Shown here: positions 50,718 to 60,678 of the stretch, one piece after another
How positions within the stretch are numbered: the stretch's first letter is position 1
Layout of the letters: each line of letters starts with the position of its first letter
Assembly: GCA_965218795.1 (NCBI GenBank)
Contig: OZ244653.1
Coordinates: forward strand, 4,384,001 to 4,448,000
Length of the DNA: 64,000 nucleotides
From: a bacterium
GTDB lineage: Bacteria > UBA8248 > JACPRG01 > G963555815
Direction: 5' to 3'
Notes under the pieces: model-generated
Database searches by the model: none
The model's input: only the letters and a program-made list of their open reading frames with translations
Told to the model about the DNA's origin: nothing
Position numbers and translations under genes: made by a program

Positions 50718-51089
50718 TCATTCCTGGGCCTGATAGGCCAGGTTCATCTTGTCCGCCACCGCTTTCAGCCGTTTGTCTCGCGTCCATAGCCGCGCCGGCG
50801 GCGTCAAAGCCGTTGCCGCCAGCAGATGAGCGTCGATATAACCGATGCCGAGTCCCATCAATCGGTGATGCTCGATAAAATACAGCACTTCGGATTCATC
50901 CGCCTTGGGAAGAGCGGACAAGTCCTTCAACCTTGCCAGGACTTCATCGCGGTCGGCCAGATTTCCGCAGGCCATCTCTCCGATCACGAAAGGATGGATA
51001 AGCGCCTGGTTGTTGTCGAGCAGGTGCGCCAATGCACTATCCCCGCTACGCAGATGCTCGATCCACACCGAGGTATCAATCAGAATCAT
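50718..51089 (-). CDS. vapC: VapC PIN toxin
   Basis: ILIDTSVWI, GYIDAHLLA, LWTRDKRL. Confidence 0.92.
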   Translation of the reverse strand: MILIDTSVWIEHLRSGDSALAHLLDNNQALIHPFVIGEMACGNLADRDEVLARLKDLSALPKADESEVLYFIEHHRLMGLGIGYIDAHLLAATALTPPARLWTRDKRLKAVADKMNLAYQAQE

Positions 51090-51279
51090 CGGCGGAACGG
51101 CGTCGCGGAATGGACTGGAGGTCGGGTTGACTGCCGCCCAGCCTGGCGAGTCGTCGCGCGCTTTCCCGCTCTACCAGCGCCTTCAGCGCTTCCCGAATCA
51201 GCGCCGGTTTCGTCTTGATGCTGGTGACTTCCTGGGCCCGCGCCAGCAATTCATCGTCTATGTTCAGGGTTGTTCTCAT
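51076..51279 (-). CDS. vapB: VapB (RHH) antitoxin
   Basis: MRTTLNIDDELL...ESARRLARLGGS. Confidence 0.9.
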   Translation of the reverse strand: MRTTLNIDDELLARAQEVTSIKTKPALIREALKALVERESARRLARLGGSQPDLQSIPRRRSADDSD

Positions 51280-51353
51280 CTCTGATGCTCCATGTCTGAT
51301 TGACAGGACGAGAAAATCATTCGGCGCGAATTTTACATCAATTGATGCTGAAA

Positions 51354-51960
51354 TCAATGCCTTATTTCACGAACCGCATCCAACAAGCCATAAAGTAAGG
51401 GTGACTGTTTTACGAACGCCGCCGGGTGAGAAAAGGAGACAACATACTTACGGGCATTTCTCTTATACCAGCAGACACCTCCTGTTGTTTTTTGCCACAT
51501 CTTCTGATGACCTACCACCTCCCGAAACAACCCCTCCACGTCACTGCCTCCGCAGATCGTTATGTCCGGATCGTAGAGGTCGTATTGCCTTCGGATATAG
51601 TCTTTATCTTCCCCGGCTACAGTCGCCAGAGCTGCTGAATCAGGCGTGGGGCCGCCCGGTGATTTTCTCAGATTCATTGCAACAATGCTCTTGAGTATTT
51701 CCTTTCTGAAATCTTCTGTTATTTTTTCATAGAAAGACCATTCGCGTATTGGGGGCAAGTTCCGCATTCCGTGAACCCACCTCGTCAGGTTATTCCAGGT
51801 CGCCGGGCGAGCACCCTCCAACAAGATTTTTCTTAAATCCCAACCGCCGCCACCCGGATCATTCACTTCTTTTAAGATAAAGACAATTTTCAGGCTTGAT
51901 GTCTGATAGCCGTGTTCCGACACCACGCCATCACGAACAAAGCCCGTCCGACGCCTCGTA
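51354..51960 (-). pseudogene. uracil-DNA-glycosylase-like fold protein, 5' end uncertain
   Basis: FVRDGVV, FILKEVND, MNLRK, PDITICGG, SHPA; low GC. Confidence 0.55.
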
Positions 51961-52033
51961 CCTGTAGCGTTCCAGGTCCTCCGGCGCGAGCTGTTGCACT
52001 ATGCGCCGCTTGCCCTCTCCCGTTCCCCGCCGG

Positions 52034-53362
52034 TTATTTCATCAGACTGGGCAACCAGAGCACGATTGCGGGAAAGATGATCATGATGGCCATGACCACC
52101 AGGTTCAACCCAACGAACGGGATGGCCGCCCGGTAGATGTCTCCCATGGAAGTGTCCGGGGAGGCAATGCCCTTCATGACGAACAGCGACAGCCCGAACG
52201 GCGGAGAGATGGTGGCCAGCTCCAGATTGAGAAGCATGATGGCGCCGAACCATACCGGGTCCCAACCCAGGCTGCTGACAATCGGCATATAGATGGGGAT
52301 GGTCACCAGCACGATCGAAGTCTGCTCGATGAACATACCCAGAAACAGCAGGACGATTTGCATCAGGATGAGAATGACGATGGGGTGAACGGGCAGGCCG
52401 ACGGCGAGATTGGTGATTCCGGAGGTGACTCCGGTGAAAGCCAGAACCTGACTGAACGCGGCCGAGCCGGTGAGGATGATCAACACCATGACCGAAATGG
52501 AGGCCGTCGTGCCCACCGCCTTCTTGATGACCTCCCAGGTCAGCTTCCCGTAAGCCATCGCCAGCAGAAAGCAGAGCAGAGCGCCGACCGCGGCCGCCTC
52601 CGTGGGGGTGGCGATCCCGAAGAAGATGGTCCCGATGACAATGAAGATGACGGATACCAGCGGCACGACGTACCGGAATGTGTTCCCGATGCGGCGCCCG
52701 ATGGGCGTGGGCGAAACATCGTAGGCCGGCGCCAGGGAGGGCTTGAGGGTGCATCGGACGACGATGTAAAGGGCGTACACGCCTGCCAGGAGAAACCCGG
52801 GGAGGATAATGCCCACCAGGAGCTTGCCCACGGAAATTTTGCCCAGGCTCGCCAGGATGACCCCCAGGGCCGTGGGCGGGATCATGATCGCGAGGCTGCC
52901 GCTGGCCAGGATGGGACCCAGCGACATGGACTTGCTGTAGCCGCGCCTCTGCATGTCCGGAACGAGGGTGGAGCCCAGCATGGCGACGCTGCCCATGGCC
53001 ACGCCTGTCAGGGTGGCAAAGAGGGCTCCGGCGCCCACGGCGAGCAAAGCCAGCCGGCCGGCGATGCGCCCCAGCCATTCGTCCAAGACGTCAATCATCT
53101 TGTAAGCGACGCCCGAATGGAACATCACCGCTCCCATGAGGATGAACATGGGGACGGGCACCAGGACAAAGGTCGAAACGGAGCTGTCGATGCTGAGGAT
53201 GAGCTGATTCAGCCCGATTCCTCCGCCCCAAAACACATAGACTCCGACGATGTTGACCAGCGTGAAAGCGAAGGCGACAGGCAGTCCGATCAGGAGCAGG
53301 ATCATGAGCCCGCCGAAGAAGAACAACAAGTAGAACCACCACTCCACCGCCACTGCCCTCAT
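52034..53362 (-). CDS. dctM: TRAP transporter large permease
   Basis: IMIPP, GWDPVWFG, ISPPFG. Confidence 0.93.
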   Translation of the reverse strand: MRAVAVEWWFYLLFFFGGLMILLLIGLPVAFAFTLVNIVGVYVFWGGGIGLNQLILSIDSSVSTFVLVPVPMFILMGAVMFHSGVAYKMIDVLDEWLGRIAGRLALLAVGAGALFATLTGVAMGSVAMLGSTLVPDMQRRGYSKSMSLGPILASGSLAIMIPPTALGVILASLGKISVGKLLVGIILPGFLLAGVYALYIVVRCTLKPSLAPAYDVSPTPIGRRIGNTFRYVVPLVSVIFIVIGTIFFGIATPTEAAAVGALLCFLLAMAYGKLTWEVIKKAVGTTASISVMVLIILTGSAAFSQVLAFTGVTSGITNLAVGLPVHPIVILILMQIVLLFLGMFIEQTSIVLVTIPIYMPIVSSLGWDPVWFGAIMLLNLELATISPPFGLSLFVMKGIASPDTSMGDIYRAAIPFVGLNLVVMAIMIIFPAIVLWLPSLMK

Positions 53363-53877
53363 TCGATCGCGTTGACTTTTTCAGCCTCCCCGCCGCGGAG
53401 ATGGGCATGCGCCCGCCTGATGAACTGGAGACAGAGAAAGAACCCCCCCAGCGGTATGACGCCCACATTGATCACCCTTGGAATCTCGATTTCAGCCGGA
53501 ATCAGTATCCCCCGCTGCCAGGACGTGACGGACTCCATCGTTCCCCAGACGGTCAGAATCAGGCAGAGGACGGCGCCGATGACGGAATTGATGATATTCA
53601 GCCAACGCCGGGCCTTCGGATTGAGCCGAGTCACCAGGAGATCGATGGTTACGTGCTCTTCTCGTCGGAGCACCCATGCGGCGCCGAGAAAGGCAATGTA
53701 GAGGAGAAGGGTTCCGCTGATTTGGTCAACGCCCATCAGCCCTTCACGAAGGACGTATCGGAAGATGACCTTGACCGAAGTCAACAGCATGACGACGACC
53801 AGAAGGCCGCCCGCCAATGCGCCTCCGATGTTCAAGAAAGCATCAAAAATACGGGTGGCTTTGCTGCCCGCTGCCAT
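53359..53877 (-). CDS. dctQ: TRAP transporter small permease
   Basis: four TM segments, EHVTIDLL. Confidence 0.9.
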   Translation of the reverse strand: MAAGSKATRIFDAFLNIGGALAGGLLVVVMLLTSVKVIFRYVLREGLMGVDQISGTLLLYIAFLGAAWVLRREEHVTIDLLVTRLNPKARRWLNIINSVIGAVLCLILTVWGTMESVTSWQRGILIPAEIEIPRVINVGVIPLGGFFLCLQFIRRAHAHLRGGEAEKVNAIE

Positions 53878-54067
53878 GAAGGGGTTTCCTTGTCACCGGA
53901 GGTGTGCAGACGCTCCCCGCCAGCCGAACTCATCCACAGGCGATCAGCGCGCTCTCGGGCCGTGAAGAAGCTTACCCCCCCTTCGGTCTCGGCGGGGCGA
54001 ACGAAACCGTTCATGGGTGAGTGTTGAGCCGGCAGGATGGCCCCGGGAGGGTTGAGGCTGACGCAGG

Positions 54068-54111
54068 GAGAAGGATTCGGACCATAGCGATCCAGGACCG
54101 AATCCTTCTCC
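54068..54111. repeat. long intergenic hairpin
   Basis: GGAGAAGGATTCGG...CCGAATCCTTCTCC stem between dctP and dctQ. Confidence 0.7.
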
Positions 54112-54196
54112 TGGAAACTCCGGCCCGGCCGGTCTCGGTCCAGGCAGGCGGACCGGCGTCTTGTTGGAGCCGGATCTCTACCTCAGCCCGGAGAAC

Positions 54197-55207
54197 CTAG
54201 TCAAAATTCATGAGCTTTCTGGCTTTGGCGTAATCGCCCGCGCTCATGACCTTCTTGAAATTCGCCCACAGGGCTTCATTGGAAGTCTTTTCCCAACGGG
54301 CGGCTTCGGCCTTCGAGAACTTGATGACCTTCATGCCGGCCTTTTTCATGATGGCCAGCTGGTTGGCCTGGTGAGCGGAAATCCACCCCCGGGCCCAGGT
54401 CTGAATCTCGCGGACGGAATCCAGGATGATCTGTTGCAAGTCCTTGGGAAGACCGTTCCACTTCGCCAGATTCATTCCGATGCCGATGCCGTCGCGGTAC
54501 AACGGGTGGGCGATGACATACTTGGATAACTTATGCCACCCGAAGTTGGTGAATCCGTCATAGTACGGCCAGGTGAATCCTTCCACCGTTCCTCGATCCA
54601 GGGCCAGACCGACTTCCGACGGTGGCAGGGTGACCGGCTCGGCTCCTACCGCTTTGACGAAGAAGCGGGTCAGCGGCGGCACCCGGATCTTCATCCCCTT
54701 GAGGTCGGCTATGCTCGACACCTTCTTCTGGGTGTACATGAAATGGTTGCCGGTGCCGAGATCGCCGGAGAAGTTCCCGAGATAGCGGACACCCTTTTTT
54801 TCGAACATTTTCACCATGAAATTGAACAACTCGCTGCCGGGCCCGTTGTCGGGAACGCCAAACGGCGACAACTCCGTCATATAGCCGGGTTTGACAACCC
54901 CTGCCCAGTAGTTCAGCGCGCCATACCAGACATCAAACACGCCCCTCACCAACGCCTCGGGCTGATCGAAGGTCGGTACGACCTCTCTGGAGCCTTTGAA
55001 GGTGATGACCAGCTTTCCCTTGGCGCGCCGGTTGACCTCTTCCATGAAGCGGATGCCGACATCCGCCGCTGCGGAGACGCGCGGCGGCCAGGATCCGACC
55101 AGGGTGAGCTTGATGGGCGCGGCCGAGACCGTCTTGGCCAGGGCGGAAGTCAAGACAATGGCCAGACAGGCCGCAAAGGCAATGCTCAACAGTCCGTGTC
55201 TCTTCAT
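54197..55207 (-). CDS. dctP: TRAP substrate-binding protein
   Basis: signal peptide, DLKGMKIR, ALDRGTVEG. Confidence 0.92.
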   Translation of the reverse strand: MKRHGLLSIAFAACLAIVLTSALAKTVSAAPIKLTLVGSWPPRVSAAADVGIRFMEEVNRRAKGKLVITFKGSREVVPTFDQPEALVRGVFDVWYGALNYWAGVVKPGYMTELSPFGVPDNGPGSELFNFMVKMFEKKGVRYLGNFSGDLGTGNHFMYTQKKVSSIADLKGMKIRVPPLTRFFVKAVGAEPVTLPPSEVGLALDRGTVEGFTWPYYDGFTNFGWHKLSKYVIAHPLYRDGIGIGMNLAKWNGLPKDLQQIILDSVREIQTWARGWISAHQANQLAIMKKAGMKVIKFSKAEAARWEKTSNEALWANFKKVMSAGDYAKARKLMNFD

Positions 55208-55352
55208 CGGATCTCCTCCATGGTCGATCTTTCTCCCCTTTCGGTCGCCACGCTCGCTGACGTGCTGCATCACCAGGGGCCGGGTGCAAGGCGGAATTGC
55301 CGGAATCCAGAGCTTGGACGCATATGACGATGATATTGTAACTGTTTGGATG

Positions 55353-55381
55353 ATTACACAATTTCAAAGGGCGCCTGTCAA
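55353..55381 (-). promoter_or_regulatory. sigma70 promoter of the TRAP operon
   Basis: TTGACA-17nt-TGTAAT on the minus strand. Confidence 0.65.
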
Positions 55382-55654
55382 CAGCTAATCAGACCTGTGT
55401 GTCCGGGATCGGAAATAGCTGAAATGGCGAAAATAGTGGGATTTACCGGGTTCTGGTGGGTTCTAATGGGACAGGATACGGGGAATCAAGGGGTTGGGGC
55501 CTATCGGGCGCCTGCCCGGCGCGCAATGAAATCATTGCGGATTTTTTGGGAAGATTCGGGAAGAACGGCCCAGGAAACGCTTTTCCCCGGGCGGTTCAGG
55601 GGTCTTTTTCGGAAGCCCCAGCGTCTCGCCCGGCGGCCTCATGGTAGCCATGAT

Positions 55655-56265
55655 TCTCCCTCCTCCCTCTGGAGGGAGAGGGTTTTTTCGGGGGGCGTCT
55701 GTCTCATCACCGACACGCCCACTGGCATGCACCATGTTGGCTCGGCCCATGACCGTTCAGGGGTCTTTTTCCGGGGGGATATTCCACTTGTCATTCCCGT
55801 GGAAGCCTGCCCCTGGTCCTTAAATCCCTCCCCCTTGAGGGGGGAGTCGGCAAGACAAGGGCGCAGTCCGCGGATTTTGCCGGTGGGGGGGGAGAGACGG
55901 CGGCCCGGATTGCCGACAGCATCGCCGCCGCCCGCCGGACGGACTCACGCGGTACCCGGCCGTACCCCCATTTGGTCATTCCCGCGGAAGCGGGAATCCA
56001 GTTCTTTGCCCTTGTCCGGTTTGGACATCGCCCCCCTCCTGCATATATGCTCCGCGCTTTTTTCGTCCTGGTTCCCATCTTTGCAGGATACGGCCCCATG
56101 CCTGTTCAAGCCTTTTAATCTCCCTCACCCCAACCCTCTCCCAGGGGGAGAGGGGAACGCCTGTCCTCTCATGACGGCGTATCCTCAAAATGTGTCCTGC
56201 CTGAGAGATGCGTCCCTGCGTCACGTGATGGGGGAACCCTGGCGTCACGACCCGCTCGATCCTTG
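55655..56265. repeat. cluster of palindromic repeats plus a RAYT 5' remnant
   Basis: CCCTCACCCCAACCCTCTCCCAGGGGGAGAGGG-type copies, GTCATTCCCGCGGAAGCGGGAATCCAG, and minus-strand VVTPGFPHHVTQ. Confidence 0.65.
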
Positions 56266-56642
56266 CCCTGCACGGCCCTGCACGGACGCTCTGGATTTCT
56301 GCTGCAGCCTGTCCCCGAGGGCTTCTATCGGGGGCGGGAATGACCGAGAGCCCGCCCCTGCATGGTTTCGGCAGGGGGCACCGTAATCCGAATGCCCCGA
56401 GCGGTTTTGGTGAAGTGACGGCTTCTCCCTGTATTACCCGTTCCGTTTATGCGACAATTTGAAGGCGAGGGTGCTGAGTGTGGGGAGGCGCAAGGGGATT
56501 CGTGTTGTTTGGGGTGCGTGAGAAATAGGTGCCCGAAGGAGTCGGTAGGCGCTAATGCCGTCGGCCGGGGAGGTCAACTGCTGCAAGGAAATCGTTCTCT
56601 AAACAGCACGGTTCGGGGCAGATATGGCCTTGGAGAAATTAA

Positions 56643-57840
56643 ATGAGCGCTAACGACAGGAACATGACCATGCGGACGAATCGCAACGCGGATTTCATTC
56701 CTGTCACCAATGTCTCTGATACTGTCACACGTCTGGAGGCGGTGCGTGAAGCGATCCGCGCGGAATACCGTAAGAAGCATTCCGATCCCTGGATCGTCGC
56801 CTATTCCGGAGGCAAGGATTCTACCCTGCTTTTGCACTTGGCTTGGGAAACCATGCTGTCGCTTCCGCCGGGGAAGCGCCGGCGAGAGATTCATATCGTA
56901 TCGAACGACACCCTTGTTGAATCCCCCCTCGTTATTCGCCATTTGAAGAAAAGCCTTTCGATTATCGGGGAGGCCGGGCGCAAAGCCGGCTTGCCCATAA
57001 CAACTCAGGATAACGAAGCCGTGCATTGACCAGACTTTTTGGGTCAATCTAATTGGCCGGGGATATATTCCGCCGACTCGCAACTTCCGTTGGTGCACCG
57101 ACCGGATGAAGATTCTCCCCACGGATCGCTTGTTGGAAAAAATCGTTCTCGCCCACAGACGCGCCGTTTTATTGGTCGGGACGCGCAAAAGCGAGTCCCA
57201 AAACCGCCGCCGCAACATGAAAAGGCATGGCGTGAAGGCTCACAAAATGAACCCGCACGGAAGCATCAAGGGGTGCCGTATGTTCGCACCGCTTGCCGAT
57301 TTACAGGACGAGGACGTGTGGATGATTTTGATGCAGCTTAAGCCGCCTTGGGGAGGCTCGCACCGCGACCTGGTTACGCTCTACCGTAACGCGGGCGGCG
57401 GCGAGTGCCCGTTGGTGCTGAGCAAAGAGGACGCGCCCTCGTGCGGCACCACCTCACCGCGCTTCGGTTGCTGGACCTGCACCGTTGTCAAGAAAGACAA
57501 GTCCCTGCGCGGCCTGATTGATTCCGGGCATGAAGACGAGGAAAAGCTGGAGGTGCTCGCGGAATTCCGCGAGTGGCTCATAGAGTTGCGCGAAAACGAC
57601 GACAACCGTCTGCCGGTGCGTCGTGACGGAAAAGCCAAGCTCAAGACGAACGGGACTCGCGTCATGGGTCCGTTTCGCCTGGATGTGCGGCAACGCATTT
57701 TGAGCCGTCTGAAAGAATTGGAAGGGCAGGTCGGGGAGCGGCTTATTTCAGCTTCGGAAATCGAGGTCATCGAGGACGTCTGGAGGGTCGATAAAATTCG
57801 TGAGGATGGGCGGCTCGCCCTGATAGAAGCGTGCGCCTGA
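56643..57840 (+). pseudogene. dndC: DndC (PAPS-reductase-family DNA phosphorothioation protein), +1 frameshift near 57010
   Basis: YSGGKDST, SNDTLVESP, FWVNLIGRGY.PP...FRWCT.RMKI, GECP, RFGCWTCTVV. Confidence 0.88.
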
Positions 57841-57879
57841 AAGCCTTCAATGGCACCGAAACCGTAATCGAGACTAGCT

Positions 57880-59034
57880 GTGCCGAACCCAGATGATTAT
57901 CTTCCCCGTGAACACGGACTCGGCGATAAAGCTATCGACGCTTTGTCATGCGTGTTTGAAAACACGGCGGGTTCCTATAAATTTCTCTGGACATTCGCCA
58001 TTTTGAAAGAAATTGATACCTCCGAGGAACACGTTATCCCCATTGAAAAATTGTCGAATTCCATGCTTTGCGAGTCGGTGGTTCCCATCAATCGATTCAA
58101 ATTAAATTTCGGTTTCCACGATCGAATGGAATCACACATCAAGAAGCTGGCGAAAATCGCTTCCGTCAAAAAAGATTTGGTGCAGGGGAAATTTGATCCG
58201 CAAGCAGTCAATCAAAAATTGTTGGACCGGATATATGCGAAAATGACGGCAAACGTCCCGCATCGCTGGCTTCGCCCATTTTTCACAGAACGAAAAATTC
58301 ATAACCCAACGCGCGCGGAAAAAGTGGTTCGTGAAGCATTGATACGATTCGTCGAAGAATCTTTTGATACCCAAAACCCGCCACCATATAAATTGACAGA
58401 GAAAACTATTATTCTGCATCCGCTTTGGCGCGATTATTTTAAGCGCAACATGAAAATCGTCTGGTGTTGGGCTTTATGGCACTGGACAAACTATCTACAA
58501 GCACGCAACTCAAATATTCCTGCGGTTGCCAACAAGATCGGTTCTCCCGAATCTCGCGGACAATGGAAAGGGGAGCAGGAGTTTTGGCGAGGAATCATGG
58601 AGAAAACGCCGGGTGGCATTCATTGCGTTTACAGCGGTGATCCACTTCACCCATGGGACTTCCATCTCGATCATTATGTGCCTTGGAGTTTTATCGGGCA
58701 CAATCGCTCTTGGAATGTCATTCCGGCAACCGAGGAAGCAAATGCGCAAAAACGCGACAGCCTTCCCCACGAAAAATACTTTCAGCCTTTTGTCGAGTTT
58801 CAACATACGGCGCTAACGATATGGAATCGACATTTTCAGCGTCGTTTTAGAGAGATCACAGAGGCTTACCGTGTTGACTTGCAACTCACATCGGAACAAT
58901 TGACTGACCCAAACAAACTAAAGGAAGCGCTTATACGCACGATAGCTCCACTAATGGAAACCGCGAAAAACAATGCGTTTGAAAGCGATTGGCTCTATGA
59001 TCGAACCTCAAAAATCTCCCTCCTGACGCCATGA
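57880..59034 (+). CDS. HNH endonuclease with an N-terminal accessory domain
   Basis: SYKFLW N-domain; CVYSG...LDHYVPWS...WNVIP...N..K; AT-rich. Confidence 0.85.
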   Translation: MPNPDDYLPREHGLGDKAIDALSCVFENTAGSYKFLWTFAILKEIDTSEEHVIPIEKLSNSMLCESVVPINRFKLNFGFHDRMESHIKKLAKIASVKKDLVQGKFDPQAVNQKLLDRIYAKMTANVPHRWLRPFFTERKIHNPTRAEKVVREALIRFVEESFDTQNPPPYKLTEKTIILHPLWRDYFKRNMKIVWCWALWHWTNYLQARNSNIPAVANKIGSPESRGQWKGEQEFWRGIMEKTPGGIHCVYSGDPLHPWDFHLDHYVPWSFIGHNRSWNVIPATEEANAQKRDSLPHEKYFQPFVEFQHTALTIWNRHFQRRFREITEAYRVDLQLTSEQLTDPNKLKEALIRTIAPLMETAKNNAFESDWLYDRTSKISLLTP

Positions 59035-60314
59035 GAACTCTGTCCCTCTATCCGGCAATGCGCGCTCGTATGGGTGGAGAAAATCACTTTATTCTCAAAA
59101 TGAAGTCGTGGGATTTAGTCGGTCTATGCCGTTTGCCGCGAAAAATCAAGGAGTGGGACGAAAACTTGTCCGTTGAAGAACGCTACCAGCGAGACATCAA
59201 TTACAACCGCGTCAAAAAACAAATCGCACCGTATTTGGCCAACGATGATTCGCGTTTTTTCGGTGCGATTATTGTCGCGGCGATGAACTTTGGAGAAGAA
59301 GTTTCATTTGAGCCGTTGTCCGACGTGACGACGAAAGGCTTGCCTGGCTTGTATCGCGCGGCGGCTTCCGGCATGGGCTTTTTAACTTTCAGCGGTGGCG
59401 AAGTACTCGTCCCGTTAGACGGGCAACATCGACTGAAAGCGATTGAGTTCGCTGTTACCGGACGAGACGAAATAGGGCGTGACATTCCCAACATAATCAA
59501 CCCCTGCATGGAACTCGCGCAAGAGGATGTCACCGTTGTTCTGGTAGCCTACGAGCCGCAAAAGGCGCGCAAGATTTTCACGCGCGTTAATCGGTACGCC
59601 AAACCGACCACGGCCGGGCAAAACATCGTTACAGACGACGACGATATCGCCGCCGTGCTGTCACGCGAAATCACCAACAACCTGATCGGCGGGAGGCTCG
59701 CCAAATACACCAGCAACACCTTGCGCCCGAGGGATCCCGAATTCACTACCCTTGCTATCATCTACAACTGCAACAGGGAGATTATTACAAAAACTTTTCC
59801 TACCGGAAGTTTGGACACGACATCATTGCCCGAAGCGGCCAATATGAAACTGTACCGCGACAAGGTTCTAGAAGTATGGGAAGTCTTGTTGGAAGGAATT
59901 GATGTATTCGCGGACGCCCCCATCGACCCCGATGAAACGGGCGACGAGCAGCGTTGCGAAATACGCAGGACAAATCTGCTAGGCAAGCCTGTTGCGCAGG
60001 AATGCTTGGTTAAAGCCTTTATCCGCCTGACGGGTGCTCCCACCAACATGAGTCACGAGGAAGCGTGCAAAAGACTGAACGCCTTGCCTTGGGGCATTAC
60101 TGAAGAAAACGTTCAGATGTGGCAAGGTGTTCTTTGGGCGGGAGGGGTGGACGGCAAAATCATCACCAAGAATCGTACATTGGCGACCGACATTATCGCT
60201 TATCTTGTCGGCGAAGGAATCACGAGCGAACAGAAAGCCGAATTGCTGGAAGACTACCGTAAGCAGTTCCCCGAAGCCGAACGCGAAGGAAAAGAGTTGC
60301 CTGAATTAAGCTAA
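59031..60314 (+). CDS. dndB: DndB-like DGQHR-domain protein
   Basis: YQRDIN, RFFGAIIV, PLDGQHR, IFTRVNRYAK. Confidence 0.85.
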   Translation: MRTLSLYPAMRARMGGENHFILKMKSWDLVGLCRLPRKIKEWDENLSVEERYQRDINYNRVKKQIAPYLANDDSRFFGAIIVAAMNFGEEVSFEPLSDVTTKGLPGLYRAAASGMGFLTFSGGEVLVPLDGQHRLKAIEFAVTGRDEIGRDIPNIINPCMELAQEDVTVVLVAYEPQKARKIFTRVNRYAKPTTAGQNIVTDDDDIAAVLSREITNNLIGGRLAKYTSNTLRPRDPEFTTLAIIYNCNREIITKTFPTGSLDTTSLPEAANMKLYRDKVLEVWEVLLEGIDVFADAPIDPDETGDEQRCEIRRTNLLGKPVAQECLVKAFIRLTGAPTNMSHEEACKRLNALPWGITEENVQMWQGVLWAGGVDGKIITKNRTLATDIIAYLVGEGITSEQKAELLEDYRKQFPEAEREGKELPELS

Positions 60315-60678
60315 GTGCAATTCCGGCAGTCTGTGGGACTTTATTCTGCGAAGCACGGGTGGCCGCTCGATGGGATGTACAGGGACGGTAATCACCTGAC
60401 AGTGCCGCCCCGATTACCGCTCATGCCGCAGCCCGGTTGCGCCGCTCGCCCGTCATCGGAACCCCCCCTATTAGCCCTCCGGATGCTTCGAGGAGCCCGC
60501 TTGGCCCCACGACGGGGCTTTGCGTCAATCCGCTTTGTCCGTCGGGCTCTGCCTTCTGCTATAATGGGTCTTTGCTTTGGGCTGTTTCCCGGCGGTTGTG
60601 AGAGCCAACCGTCTCGTGCTGAACCGGGTGGAGAATCAATTTCCGCGCCGGAGCCATCGGGAAGGAGAAGGCGGAGCG

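Noticed and set aside
55346-56386. 346-aa ORF
   Set aside because: Built of palindromic repeats and scraps, with no protein-like signature
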